Shown here piece after piece: positions 1-9,532 of a DNA stretch of 64,000 nucleotides. This stretch comes from Candidatus Poribacteria bacterium. Its GTDB lineage: Bacteria > Poribacteria > WGA-4E > UBA9662. The stretch is from positions 32,001 through 96,000 of the forward strand of contig JAYZAL010000077.1 in the NCBI GenBank assembly GCA_036339735.1. The letters run 5' to 3'. The notes under the pieces are model-generated. The model saw only the letters and a list, made by a program, of their open reading frames with translations, had not been told where the DNA came from and ran no database searches. A program made the translations under genes and the position numbers. The first letter of the stretch is position 1, and each line of letters starts with the position of its first letter.

Positions 1-1
1 A

Positions 2-478
2 AATTTCCCCTTTATTAGTAATCCGTAAATTTACAATTTGGCCCATTTGGATGGGCTGTTCATCAGGATCCAAAATCGGTTGTCCATTTTGTGTGACAAG
101 ATTCCCTTGATCGTCAAGGGTAAAAGAACCATTTCTCGTATAGGAAACTGTACCATCATGATTTAAAACCCCAAAAAAGCCCTTACCTTGGATGGCTAAA
201 TCCAGTGGTTGACTAGTTTCACGGATTGGCCCATCTGCTAAATTGAGACGGTAGTTAGCAACAGTCGCCGTTGATAACTTTGGGTTGTTGCTACTTGGAG
301 CCAAGCCAGTTTCTTTATCAGGAATAGATTGGTTAAGATAATCCTTGAAAGCGGTTAAATGCAGGTGGCTCTTTTTGAAACCGGCCGAATTTAAGTTAGC
401 TAGATTATTAGCTATCATGTCCATTCGCATTGATTCATAAACCATGCCTTGTGTTGCTAAATATGTTCCTTTGTTCAT
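2..478 (-). CDS. Flagellar basal-body rod protein FlgF/FlgG family, 5' part (runs off window start)
   Basis: Not in ORF track. Manual translation from ATG at 478 (GAGG upstream): MNKGTYLATQGM...MDMIANNLANLNSAGFKK...GPIRETSQPLDLAIQGKGFF...YTRNGSFTLDDQGNLVT. ANNLAN, LDLAIxGxGFF and YTRNG are rod/hook signatures. Confidence 0.9.
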   Translation of the reverse strand, partial: MNKGTYLATQGMVYESMRMDMIANNLANLNSAGFKKSHLHLTAFKDYLNQSIPDKETGLAPSSNNPKLSTATVANYRLNLADGPIRETSQPLDLAIQGKGFFGVLNHDGTVSYTRNGSFTLDDQGNLVTQNGQPILDPDEQPIQMGQIVNLRITNKGEI

Positions 479-547
479 ATTGTCTAGTACCTCGCTTTGA
501 TGAATCTCTTTGGTCTCACCTGATTGGGATCAGCTACTGTTTGAGAT

Positions 548-563
548 AGCAAACCCTATGCCA
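548..563 (-). promoter_or_regulatory. Sigma-54 (-24/-12) promoter for the flagellar rod gene
   Basis: Minus strand TGGCATAGGGTTTGCT has exact GG-N10-GC spacing and nearly matches TGGCAC-N5-TTGCW. It lies 70 nt upstream of the start codon. Confidence 0.8.
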
Positions 564-582
564 ATTATAAAAATGTCATCCT

Positions 583-611
583 TTGCAAAAATAATTCTGA
601 TTTGATAAAAT
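583..611 (+). promoter_or_regulatory. Sigma-70-type promoter, likely giving a leaderless mRNA for 619..3384
   Basis: TTGCAA-N17-TAAAAT with extended -10 TG. The -10 box ends 7 nt before the ATG. Confidence 0.55.
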
Positions 612-618
612 CGGAACC

Positions 619-3384
619 ATGATAAAATCTGAGCGTAGTTGTCTGCTATTAGTGATTTTATGCTCTTGTTTGGTTCTAGTGAATTGTTCTTGGTTGAATC
701 GCTCTGAGTCAGGCCCCTCTCCCCAACCTATCGATCCGTTTGTCTCGCGATACCAAACTTGGCAAAAACTTGTAGAACTCGGTAATCAAGCTTATCAAAA
801 CCAAGATTTAGTTTTGGCATTAGAGCAGTACAAGGAAGCAATTGAACTGAGACCGGATCAGTCTCCGCCGCTCTTACGTATAGCCCAAATCTACTATCAG
901 CTACAAGAATACGAAAAAGCAAAAACTTTTTTTCATAAGTACTTGGATTTAAACCCTAGAGACCGTAATGCTTACAACTATTTGGGGTATGTTTATGAAA
1001 TATTACAAGACTATAAATCAGCAGCTGAACAATTTGAAGCTAGCCTCAAGCTTTATGATCAAGATCTTTATGCTCTTAATCATCTTGGGCTAGCGTATAA
1101 ACAATTGGGTAGATATAAGGAGGCGGAAGGTGTGTTAAGACAAGCATTATTGATTGATCCGAACTGCCAACAGAGTGATAATCGCAACCTTCATAATTAT
1201 TTAGCCTTAATCTACCAGGAAACGAAGCAGGTAGGTTCTGCAATAGCTGAGTTAAGAGAATCGATTCGTCTTTTCCCGAATGATATATGGGCCAGAACAC
1301 AGGTGGCGAACCTTTACGAAGCTGCTTATCGTATTTACGAAGCCCAACTGCAATACACAGAAATTCTGAGAATTGAGCCTGATAACCTATTGGCAAAATC
1401 TCGCTTGCAAGCCTTGGACCAAGCCACACCGAAAAAGCCTTTAGCCATTGTTTCACCAGTTGACCTGATCGAAATTGATACTCAGTCTATAATTGAAAAT
1501 GCACCGACAGCTGAAGATTATCCAAACGATGATGCAATTATTCTACTAAATCAGTTTTGTCATGAAATCACAGCAGAAGGAAAGTCAAGATATACATCGC
1601 ATAAAATTATCAAGATTTTCAATCAACGAGGTATCCAAAAACACGATGATCTGGCAATTCCTTATAATCCTAACTCACAGCATATTACAGTTAATTCTGC
1701 ACGTACTATACTACCCAATGGCACAATAGTAGAACCTGCCGAAGATGCTTACAATGACGTGACTCCACCAGGGCAGCTAACCTTCAATCTCTACTCTGAT
1801 GGACTATGGAAGGTTATATCTATGCCTGCTTTGAAAGCTGGTGTTTGCATCGAGTATAAGGTTTCGTTGGAAGACATGGTACCCTCGGGAGCTGATCAGT
1901 GGTTTTGGGGTAGCTATACTTTCCAATCTACTGACCCAACTTTACAGACGAATTATGCACTTCGTCTGTATGGAGATAAACAGTTTCGTTGGAAGGCAGT
2001 TAATTGCGAACTAGACCCCGAAATTATGATTGAAGGTGAAACAAAAACCTACCTTTGGCATTACGGCGAGACACCCTCCATTCGTGAATCTATTGGTCAA
2101 TCTAATACCTCTGAATTAGCTGCTCAGTTTCGTTTTTCATCGGTCAATTCTTGGGATGCTATCAGTGCTTGGTATGCTGACTTAGCCCGGGATCGTTACA
2201 CCAGTAGTCAAGAAATGGATGAATTGGCTCGAGATTTAACCCAATCGGTAAATACTTCAACAGAAAAAATTCATCAGTTATACAATTTTGTGGCAAGCCA
2301 AATTCGTTATGTTAGTATCCAACTGGGACAAGGAGCATACCAACCGACGTCTGCTGACCAGGTTTTAATAAAAAGGTATGGGGACTGTAAAGATAAAAGT
2401 ACACTACTGATTTCGTTATTAGCGAGCATTGGTATTTCGGCCTTCCCTGCTCTGATGAGTCCATCTCCTTATGATCCTATTGACCTTGACCTTCCATCCG
2501 TTGGCCAGTTTAGCCATTTAATTGTTGCTATTCCCATTGCTGAAAATGGCTTGAACAAACGGCAAAATATGGACAGCGACTATTTGTGGTTGGATCCTAC
2601 AGCAAGCAGTTGCCCATTTGGAATCTTACCTACTAGTAACCAAGGCCGAACCGCGTTATTGGTCAAAAATAAAACAGCTACCTTTGTGAAAATTCCGAAT
2701 TCTCTTCCGGAAAACAACAGGCTGAAAATTGAAACTGACCTCCTTGTTCAAACTGATGGATCATTCAATGGTAAAATGTCTATTCAGCCTATCGGGCAAT
2801 ATGGCATAGACTATCGCCTTACATACCGTGACATTCAGGTTTCATCACTGGATGAGGCTTTTAGTCGTGAACTAAGTCGAAGTTTTTCTGGCATTATGAT
2901 AAAACAGCATCGAGTTTCTGACTTGAGAGATCTTGACCAACCAGTTAAAATTCACCTAGAGTTTCGGGCGGATTCAATGCTCCAGTCAATTGATAATCAA
3001 CACCAGTTACTCTATTTTGACGGAGCAGATTTTGCCGATTATGCTGATATTTTTGCTAGTCCAGAACGAATCTATGCATTGGATCTTAGCCACCCGATTC
3101 TTGTCGAAAAAACTACTCGCATCCAACTACCGACAGGTTGGGTACCATTGAAATTACCAGATGGGAAAGACACACATTCAGATGTCTTTTCATCCGAACA
3201 ATCTTTCGGCCAACTAAATGTGGAAGTTACTTACAATAAAACCGAAATTATCATCGATCTAACATTGGAAGTTGTTAATCCTATTATTGCTCCTGAGATC
3301 TACCCGATGGCACGCACGTTTTTTCGTTCCCTTATTGCCAGAGACCAGTTAGTTACCACGCTGAAAAAAGTCCCAGTTTCTTGA
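619..3384 (+). CDS. TPR-repeat, DUF3857 and transglutaminase-like domain (lipo)protein
   Basis: Signal peptide with candidate lipobox LVNC, about 6 TPR repeats, then transglutaminase-like triad motifs GDCKD, FSHLI and WLDPT. Confidence 0.85.
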   Translation: MIKSERSCLLLVILCSCLVLVNCSWLNRSESGPSPQPIDPFVSRYQTWQKLVELGNQAYQNQDLVLALEQYKEAIELRPDQSPPLLRIAQIYYQLQEYEKAKTFFHKYLDLNPRDRNAYNYLGYVYEILQDYKSAAEQFEASLKLYDQDLYALNHLGLAYKQLGRYKEAEGVLRQALLIDPNCQQSDNRNLHNYLALIYQETKQVGSAIAELRESIRLFPNDIWARTQVANLYEAAYRIYEAQLQYTEILRIEPDNLLAKSRLQALDQATPKKPLAIVSPVDLIEIDTQSIIENAPTAEDYPNDDAIILLNQFCHEITAEGKSRYTSHKIIKIFNQRGIQKHDDLAIPYNPNSQHITVNSARTILPNGTIVEPAEDAYNDVTPPGQLTFNLYSDGLWKVISMPALKAGVCIEYKVSLEDMVPSGADQWFWGSYTFQSTDPTLQTNYALRLYGDKQFRWKAVNCELDPEIMIEGETKTYLWHYGETPSIRESIGQSNTSELAAQFRFSSVNSWDAISAWYADLARDRYTSSQEMDELARDLTQSVNTSTEKIHQLYNFVASQIRYVSIQLGQGAYQPTSADQVLIKRYGDCKDKSTLLISLLASIGISAFPALMSPSPYDPIDLDLPSVGQFSHLIVAIPIAENGLNKRQNMDSDYLWLDPTASSCPFGILPTSNQGRTALLVKNKTATFVKIPNSLPENNRLKIETDLLVQTDGSFNGKMSIQPIGQYGIDYRLTYRDIQVSSLDEAFSRELSRSFSGIMIKQHRVSDLRDLDQPVKIHLEFRADSMLQSIDNQHQLLYFDGADFADYADIFASPERIYALDLSHPILVEKTTRIQLPTGWVPLKLPDGKDTHSDVFSSEQSFGQLNVEVTYNKTEIIIDLTLEVVNPIIAPEIYPMARTFFRSLIARDQLVTTLKKVPVS

Positions 3385-3428
3385 ATAAGTGATTTGTAGT
3401 TGATTTCTTATTATTTGAAAATTACGAA

Positions 3429-4223
3429 ATGACCCCTAAACAAAAATACCTTCTTGATCTTAACGGTTATCTGCATATTCCGGCTGTACTGACTAGCAAT
3501 CAGCTAAAAACAGCTCAACTGGCCGTTGATCGATGTATTAACACCCCTGAGGACAAACTGACTACTGGTCGAAATTTTGCCTTTGATAAGTCTTTAGAAA
3601 CTTTAGCCTTGCATCCGAAAACTTTCTCTATCATAAAGGCTTTGACTGATAATAAGCCTCGCCTAAACCGAGGAACTCTGGCTATTAATACTCACGAGCA
3701 AAATAAGATTACTCAGCTTCACTGTGCCCGTGAGGATTGTGGTTGGCAAACACGCCGATATCTAGTTAAAAATGGGCAAATCTTTTGTAACGATATTGTA
3801 GTTTTCTTTTATTTTACCGATGTTCTCCCGGGAGATGGTGGGCTAGTTGTATTGCCAGGTTCACACAAATCAGAATTTGAACGTCCGCCAGATCTATTTT
3901 TCCCGGATCTTAACGATACCAAGCCACAATTACATCCAGCTCTAAAAAATATCACACCCAAAGCGGGCGATGCTATTATTCTAACAGAACTAACAACTCA
4001 TGGCGTCCTAGTATGGCTACCAAAAGATCGAGATCGTCGATTTCTGATCCTGAGGTATAAAACCCAATATTTTCAAGATGAGCGAGGACACAAACAACCG
4101 TTTTCGGACGAAATTATAGCCAAATTGTCTGAGGAAACTAAAGAGTTGGTTGAATTTGCCGATTACGAACACACTAAAAAAATTGTTCAAAGAGAACAAA
4201 TTACCTTTTCGAGTACGACTTGA
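3429..4223 (+). CDS. Phytanoyl-CoA dioxygenase (PhyH)-family Fe(II)/2OG enzyme, HxA variant
   Basis: 'QKYLLDLNGYL', 'DGGLVVLPGSHK', 'KAGDAI...THG...RR'. Proximal motif is LHCA. Confidence 0.8.
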   Translation: MTPKQKYLLDLNGYLHIPAVLTSNQLKTAQLAVDRCINTPEDKLTTGRNFAFDKSLETLALHPKTFSIIKALTDNKPRLNRGTLAINTHEQNKITQLHCAREDCGWQTRRYLVKNGQIFCNDIVVFFYFTDVLPGDGGLVVLPGSHKSEFERPPDLFFPDLNDTKPQLHPALKNITPKAGDAIILTELTTHGVLVWLPKDRDRRFLILRYKTQYFQDERGHKQPFSDEIIAKLSEETKELVEFADYEHTKKIVQREQITFSSTT

Positions 4224-4253
4224 AAATAGAATTTCACCTTTCGAGTAAGGAGT

Positions 4254-5090
4254 TTGTCATTGCCAATCAGAAATGCTATGCCGGATCTTAATCGGAAATT
4301 ACAATTTTTTCCATCTCAGAATAAAACCCCCAAGAAATTGAGTGAAGAACAAGTTCAACAATACAATAGAGAGGGTTATATTTGTCCATTAGATGTTTTT
4401 TCTGCAGGAGAAATTAATCTACACCGAGCCTATTTCGATCAGTTGATCGACAAAGCTATGAAAGCTGGGTGGAATAGTTATTCAATCAATGGTTGGCAAG
4501 CTAAATGTGTAGGTATTTACGACTTGGTCAATGAGCCGCGGATTTTGGACTACGTTCAAGATCTAATAGGAGAGAATTTAATCTGTTGGGCAACCCATTA
4601 TTTTTGCAAATTACCTGGGGACACCAAGAGAGTTAGCTGGCATCAAGACGCATCTTACTGGCCTTTGAGTCCTAGTAAAACTGTCACTGTTTGGCTGGCC
4701 ATCGACGACACAGACGTCGAGAATGGTGCTATGCAGATCATTCCACGATCGCACAAGCATGGCCAGATTGACTTTGAAGAAAGCACAGCCGAAGAGCAGA
4801 ATGTCCTTAATCAAACCGTTAAAGAACCAACGAGTTATGGATTACCACCGGTCGCCTTAGAAATGAAAGCGGGGCAGATTTCTCTTCACTCTGATTTGCT
4901 TTTACATGGATCGGAACCTAATACTTCTGACCGTCGGCGATGTGGATTAACCATGCGGTTTATTCCACCAGAAGTCCGCGCCTTAAATCGACGGAACCAA
5001 AACTCAATAATCGCACGTGGGATAGACCCGGACAATCACTGGTTTGCAGCTTCTCGGCCCGAATTTGATCAAATTCCAAGTAAAAATTAA
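4254..5090 (+). CDS. PhyH-family Fe(II)/2OG dioxygenase (canonical HxD)
   Basis: WHQDASYW, VWLAIDD..ENGAM..IPRSH, LLHGSEPN..RR. The start may be TTG at 4260, given AAGGAG spacing. Confidence 0.9.
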   Translation: MSLPIRNAMPDLNRKLQFFPSQNKTPKKLSEEQVQQYNREGYICPLDVFSAGEINLHRAYFDQLIDKAMKAGWNSYSINGWQAKCVGIYDLVNEPRILDYVQDLIGENLICWATHYFCKLPGDTKRVSWHQDASYWPLSPSKTVTVWLAIDDTDVENGAMQIIPRSHKHGQIDFEESTAEEQNVLNQTVKEPTSYGLPPVALEMKAGQISLHSDLLLHGSEPNTSDRRRCGLTMRFIPPEVRALNRRNQNSIIARGIDPDNHWFAASRPEFDQIPSKN

Positions 5091-5118
5091 CTTATATTAA
5101 AGTTCCGGAGGAATCCTA

Positions 5119-6150
5119 ATGCCAAGAGAATTGATTGCTACTAGTCCAAGTCAAGCAGCTCTACAAATGTACAAGGAACAAGTCCTCGCTAACGATGAAA
5201 TCCGGGTTCGTACACTATTTTCATCTCCTAAACACGGTTCCGGATTACGGTCATTCCGTGCCAATACTAAGGACTATACTTCTCCTTTCGATCGCAAGCG
5301 GGGAATTCATCACGGGCCCCCTATGCAACCGACATATCCGCAGCCACTAGGTAACATGGCTGTGGGAGAAGTGATTGAGGTCGGGGTTGAAGTTGATCAG
5401 TGGGGAATCGGTGATCATGTCTTTTCCCATTTGCCAATTCGAGACACGCACACACTAAAAGCGAATCGTGTTCAACCTGTCCCTTCTAACATGTCCCCAC
5501 AAGCTATTGTTTATAGCGATCCAGCCGGGGTAGCTCTTTGTGCTATTCAAGCTAGCGAAATTATGTTAGGTAGTACAGTGGCAGTTTTTGGTTTAGGTGC
5601 AATTGGTCAGATGGCTGCGCAGCAAGCTAAATTACAGGGAGCCAGACAAGTTTTTGTTTCCGACCCAATTCTCATACGGAGAGAATTAGCCATCAAACAT
5701 GGGGCTGATATAGCCATTGATCCGATTTCCGACGACGCGGGAGAGTTGATTAGGGATCACACCAATAATGCAGGGGTTGATATCTCTATAGAAGCAAGTG
5801 CTAACTACGCTGGTATGAATGATGCCATTCGATCGACGGGGTACGCTGGTCGTATAGTATCTGCAGCCTACTATATTGGGGATTCAAGTATTCTTAGTTT
5901 TGAAGGTGAGTGGCATCGGAATCAACTAACAATACTAACTACTCGTGATGTTAATCCAACTTTGAGAAATGCACCCCGTTGGGATACCAAGCGCCTACAC
6001 AATGAAGCTTTTGAATTACTAAAAGAAGAACGTTTATCTGTCGATGGCCTAATACATCCAATCGTGTCCTTTGAAGATTGTGTCGAGGCCTATTTAGCCA
6101 CAGATCAACGGCCTTCAGAAAGTATTAAGCTGGGCATACAACATACTTAG
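5119..6150 (+). CDS. Medium-chain (MDR/zinc-binding family) dehydrogenase
   Basis: GroES-like N-terminus 'LGNMAVGEVIEVG', Rossmann motif VFGLGAIG, GGAGG RBS. Confidence 0.85.
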   Translation: MPRELIATSPSQAALQMYKEQVLANDEIRVRTLFSSPKHGSGLRSFRANTKDYTSPFDRKRGIHHGPPMQPTYPQPLGNMAVGEVIEVGVEVDQWGIGDHVFSHLPIRDTHTLKANRVQPVPSNMSPQAIVYSDPAGVALCAIQASEIMLGSTVAVFGLGAIGQMAAQQAKLQGARQVFVSDPILIRRELAIKHGADIAIDPISDDAGELIRDHTNNAGVDISIEASANYAGMNDAIRSTGYAGRIVSAAYYIGDSSILSFEGEWHRNQLTILTTRDVNPTLRNAPRWDTKRLHNEAFELLKEERLSVDGLIHPIVSFEDCVEAYLATDQRPSESIKLGIQHT

Positions 6151-6171
6151 GATTGACTTCAAATCCTATTT
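6148..6171 (+). terminator. Candidate intrinsic terminator between convergent genes
   Basis: TAGGATT/AATCCTA stem followed by TTT. Confidence 0.4.
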
Positions 6172-6197
6172 AAAAATTAATGATCCATCATCCAGTA

Positions 6198-6974
6198 CTA
6201 CTCGGCGAGCTTGATTTGACTCCAGAGAAGAGAGAGTTTGTTCAGAGGCTCTACCACCAAAGTGGATGCTGCTATTAACTCATCCCGACTGAGTGCACGA
6301 TTCCAGAGTTTGACTTCATCGATAAGCCCATCAAAATACCGCTCATTATCCACCCACCCGATTTCCAACATTCGATCTACTGATCTGATTTTTCCTTTTT
6401 TCCCAACTCTTTTTTCAGGTTTACCGTTGATATATAGGGTATGGTTTTTTCCGTCGTAAACTGTTGCTATATGAACCCACTTGCCAATAAACTTCTCCAT
6501 ATTCGTTTGTCCAACTAGCCATTCCTGCGGTTGAGCTCCATACAAATAACTAGCCAAATTTCCTTTCTCATTGATATCAAGATAATAAGCCGTTGGCTTA
6601 CCAAGTACACAGTTACGGTGTTTCCAATCGTTTCCGATATAGACAGATTTTGGATTAATCCACGCTTCGATTGTAATTGAATTAATGATATCAAGAGACT
6701 TATTGTCCGCAACTTGCACATGAGTTTTCTTTTTTTTGTCAAATTCTAATGCCTGCCCTTTGACACCAGCAACACGCTTTGGTGAACCGATAACTTTGCC
6801 CACGTTCTCATTGTTGCTATTGTCTTTGGCTTGATCACCATTTTCGTCAAAAGACCAATGGGCGACTAGTCCTTCCTCCGCATTAACAATAGAATAACAA
6901 ACAAAAAACAAGATCAGCACCGCGATGACATCAAGCTTCCCAAATTCTAGTTGATTCATATTGACCTCTAACAA
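6198..6974 (-). CDS. Secreted LamG/concanavalin-like domain protein
   Basis: Signal peptide, 'GLVAHWSFDE', 'WVHIATVYDG', 'FDGLIDEVKLWNRALS', C-terminal VEPLNKLSLLWSQIK. Start probably ATG at 6959. Confidence 0.9.
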   Translation of the reverse strand: MLEVNMNQLEFGKLDVIAVLILFFVCYSIVNAEEGLVAHWSFDENGDQAKDNSNNENVGKVIGSPKRVAGVKGQALEFDKKKKTHVQVADNKSLDIINSITIEAWINPKSVYIGNDWKHRNCVLGKPTAYYLDINEKGNLASYLYGAQPQEWLVGQTNMEKFIGKWVHIATVYDGKNHTLYINGKPEKRVGKKGKIRSVDRMLEIGWVDNERYFDGLIDEVKLWNRALSRDELIAASTLVVEPLNKLSLLWSQIKLAE

Positions 6975-7195
6975 AAATATTCTTACGAATCATTAATTTA
7001 AATTGACGACGTGTATTCTCTCAATTGTTGAAATTATTTGATGTTTTATCTTACCACTGGTCGAGAGGATCTGGTTTCATTTTATCATCCTCAACATTTA
7101 ATGTGAATAAAATGGGCCCTTATACTTAGTAATCGGCTTACCTGAAGTCCAAGTTACTTTTGCCTTTTATGGGTGTTAATAAAATCTGTTGCGAC

Positions 7196-7224
7196 TTGAC
7201 CGTCCATACAAGATTTGCTACAGT
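7196..7224 (+). promoter_or_regulatory. Sigma-70-type promoter upstream of 7279
   Basis: TTGACC-N17-TACAGT with extended -10 TG. Confidence 0.5.
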
Positions 7225-7278
7225 GTAGCCCAGAAAGTTAGTTATATCTAGCGATAAAAGTTAAATATAGAATTTGCC

Positions 7279-8208
7279 ATGTCAGAAGCAATTAAAAATC
7301 AAAAAATAGCTAGCCAAGAACCGTTCATTTTCGATAATAACTGGGGAACTTGGGGTAGACTCCCCCAAGATGCCAACCAGCTTACGACTACTAATGCTGA
7401 TGGTGAACCCGTTGTTCCACTAACAGAAGAACAGAAATTTATTTTTGATACTCAAGGGTGGTTAGTAATTCCTGGTTTATTGAATGAAATTGATCTGAAG
7501 GAGATGAGGGAATTTTGTTATCAATTGGTTAATGATCAAGATTCCTTGCCGGTGCACCAACGCACGCCTATTGCTGGCCCACTCGAAAAACTGGTAGATC
7601 ACCCAGTCGTAGTTGGGTTTTGTAACGAATTTTTAGCCTATCCTGCCTTGTCAAGCGAAGACTACTACGGATTTCGTTTCGAAACTAGTTTTTTATTATA
7701 TAGACAAAAAGGTATGGGGAATTTTGGACCACATAATGGAAATGGTATCTGGCGGTTGCCAGGTAATTCTCATATATACCGAAATATTCCAGGGAAAGGA
7801 TATTCGGGGCTAACTCGTGTTGTTTGGGAACTCAATCCTGTTAACAAGTTTGAAGGTGGAACGCTCTTCGTTAATGGAAGCCATAAAGCTGCTTACAAAT
7901 TACCTGAGTCTATCCGCCAAATGGATTCATCACTCTGGGATAGTTATGAATGTCCTGCTGGTTCGGTTGTCTTTTTTTCTGAGGCCACTACACACAGTGC
8001 ACAACCGTGGCAGAATGAATCCATAGACCGAATTCCTATCTTCAACCAATATAACTCAATTGGTAGTCGTTTTCACTGGTGGGAGCCCCCCTCAGAACTG
8101 CTTGATCAAATGCCACCTAAGCGCCAGTCATTATTTCGACAAGCTTATTCAGAAGGTGCTAATACTGACCTTAGTACTCAAAATCTGTTTCGAAGGCCAA
8201 TTGGCTAA
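7279..8208 (+). CDS. PhyH-family Fe(II)/2OG enzyme, HxG variant
   Basis: 'EQKFIFDTQGWL', 'GGTLFVNGSHKA', 'CPAGSVVFFSEATTH'. Proximal motif is PHNG. Confidence 0.8.
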   Translation: MSEAIKNQKIASQEPFIFDNNWGTWGRLPQDANQLTTTNADGEPVVPLTEEQKFIFDTQGWLVIPGLLNEIDLKEMREFCYQLVNDQDSLPVHQRTPIAGPLEKLVDHPVVVGFCNEFLAYPALSSEDYYGFRFETSFLLYRQKGMGNFGPHNGNGIWRLPGNSHIYRNIPGKGYSGLTRVVWELNPVNKFEGGTLFVNGSHKAAYKLPESIRQMDSSLWDSYECPAGSVVFFSEATTHSAQPWQNESIDRIPIFNQYNSIGSRFHWWEPPSELLDQMPPKRQSLFRQAYSEGANTDLSTQNLFRRPIG

Positions 8209-8370
8209 TGTTAGACGATAGGAAAATCTCAATTTGTAATCTTATCCAAGATATGGATATTGAAATTAAACGGTTGTTGCTCAGCACGTATGACTACCGA
8301 AGACGCCTAAAATGAAAATCTGGAAGAGTTTATCTCAGATAGAATTATACTTTTCGTAGGAATTTTAAAA

Positions 8371-9426
8371 ATGCCAAATATAAAGTACAGGGTGGGGTTC
8401 ATTGGTTGTGGTCGAATTGCGGCTGCACATGCTCTAGGTTATCAGGGGGTTAGTCAGATAGAAATGGTAGCTATCGCTGATCCTGTTAGGAGTGTTTTAG
8501 ATAGTTTTGGCGACCAGTTTGGAATTAGTAATCGTTATTTGGACGCTCGGCAAATGCTGGATAAGGAAGATCTAGATATCGTTAGTGTTGCGACTTGGCA
8601 CAAATTGCATGCACCAATGACAATAGCTGCTTGTGCCAGTGGAATTAAGGCAGTACTATGTGAAAAACCTATGGCTACAACGTTGGGTGAGTGCCACGAA
8701 ATGATCACAGTAGCACAGCGAAATAATGTAAAACTTGCTATCGCTCACCAACGGCGCTTCTATTCAGCATGGACGAAAGCACGTCAATTAATTGCGGCAG
8801 GTGCGATTGGTCAACCTCGCCAGATCGTTTGCCGAGGCGGGCAAGGTTTGCTCAACGATTGTTCTCACCTATTTGATCTGATGCGTTACGTTTTAGGGGA
8901 TCCACAAGCTGAATGGGTAATCGGTAACCTTGAGCGTAAAACTGACCGCTATGAAAGGGAAATTCCCATAGAAGATCGAAGTGCAGGCATTGTCGGTTTC
9001 GCTGGTGGTTGTATTGGCTTACTCCTTCAAGAAATTGCTGGACCTAACTATCAAGGTGGAGTCGTTTATGGCTCAGATGGGATAATTGACTTAAACGAAC
9101 AAAGAGCTAGAATCCTTGACACTCAAAGTGCCAGCTGGACTGATTATCCTATGGACGGTGCTAGTACACATGTGGCCCAAGCTCAAGAATTAATCGACTG
9201 GATCGAAGATAAAACAATTCATCGCGGTAACGCCCAAAACGGGTTAGCCGCGGTAGAAATAATTATGGCAATCTACGAATCAGCCCGAATGCACGAAGTA
9301 GTAAAGCTACCCCTTCGCACGTATTGCTCACCGCTGGAACTGATGATAGAAAGTGGAGACCTGCCTGTTGAAAGACCTGGTCGTTACGATATTCGTTCAT
9401 TCTTGCTCCACGGTGAGGAGTTATAA
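8371..9426 (+). CDS. Gfo/Idh/MocA family oxidoreductase
   Basis: IGCGRIA, CEKPMA, DCSHLFD. Confidence 0.9.
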   Translation: MPNIKYRVGFIGCGRIAAAHALGYQGVSQIEMVAIADPVRSVLDSFGDQFGISNRYLDARQMLDKEDLDIVSVATWHKLHAPMTIAACASGIKAVLCEKPMATTLGECHEMITVAQRNNVKLAIAHQRRFYSAWTKARQLIAAGAIGQPRQIVCRGGQGLLNDCSHLFDLMRYVLGDPQAEWVIGNLERKTDRYEREIPIEDRSAGIVGFAGGCIGLLLQEIAGPNYQGGVVYGSDGIIDLNEQRARILDTQSASWTDYPMDGASTHVAQAQELIDWIEDKTIHRGNAQNGLAAVEIIMAIYESARMHEVVKLPLRTYCSPLELMIESGDLPVERPGRYDIRSFLLHGEEL

Positions 9427-9532
9427 TGACTACCGCACGCGGAAGTATAAAAAATCTAGGCGCGGGTAGGTAGATTATTATTTAGTGTTTTCGGTCAGTA
9501 TGCAGAGCCAGAAAATCAGGATCGTCTGTTTT

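Noticed and set aside
8290-9435. ATGACTACCG repeated on both sides of the Gfo/Idh/MocA gene
   Set aside because: Only 10 nt, with no other sign of mobility.
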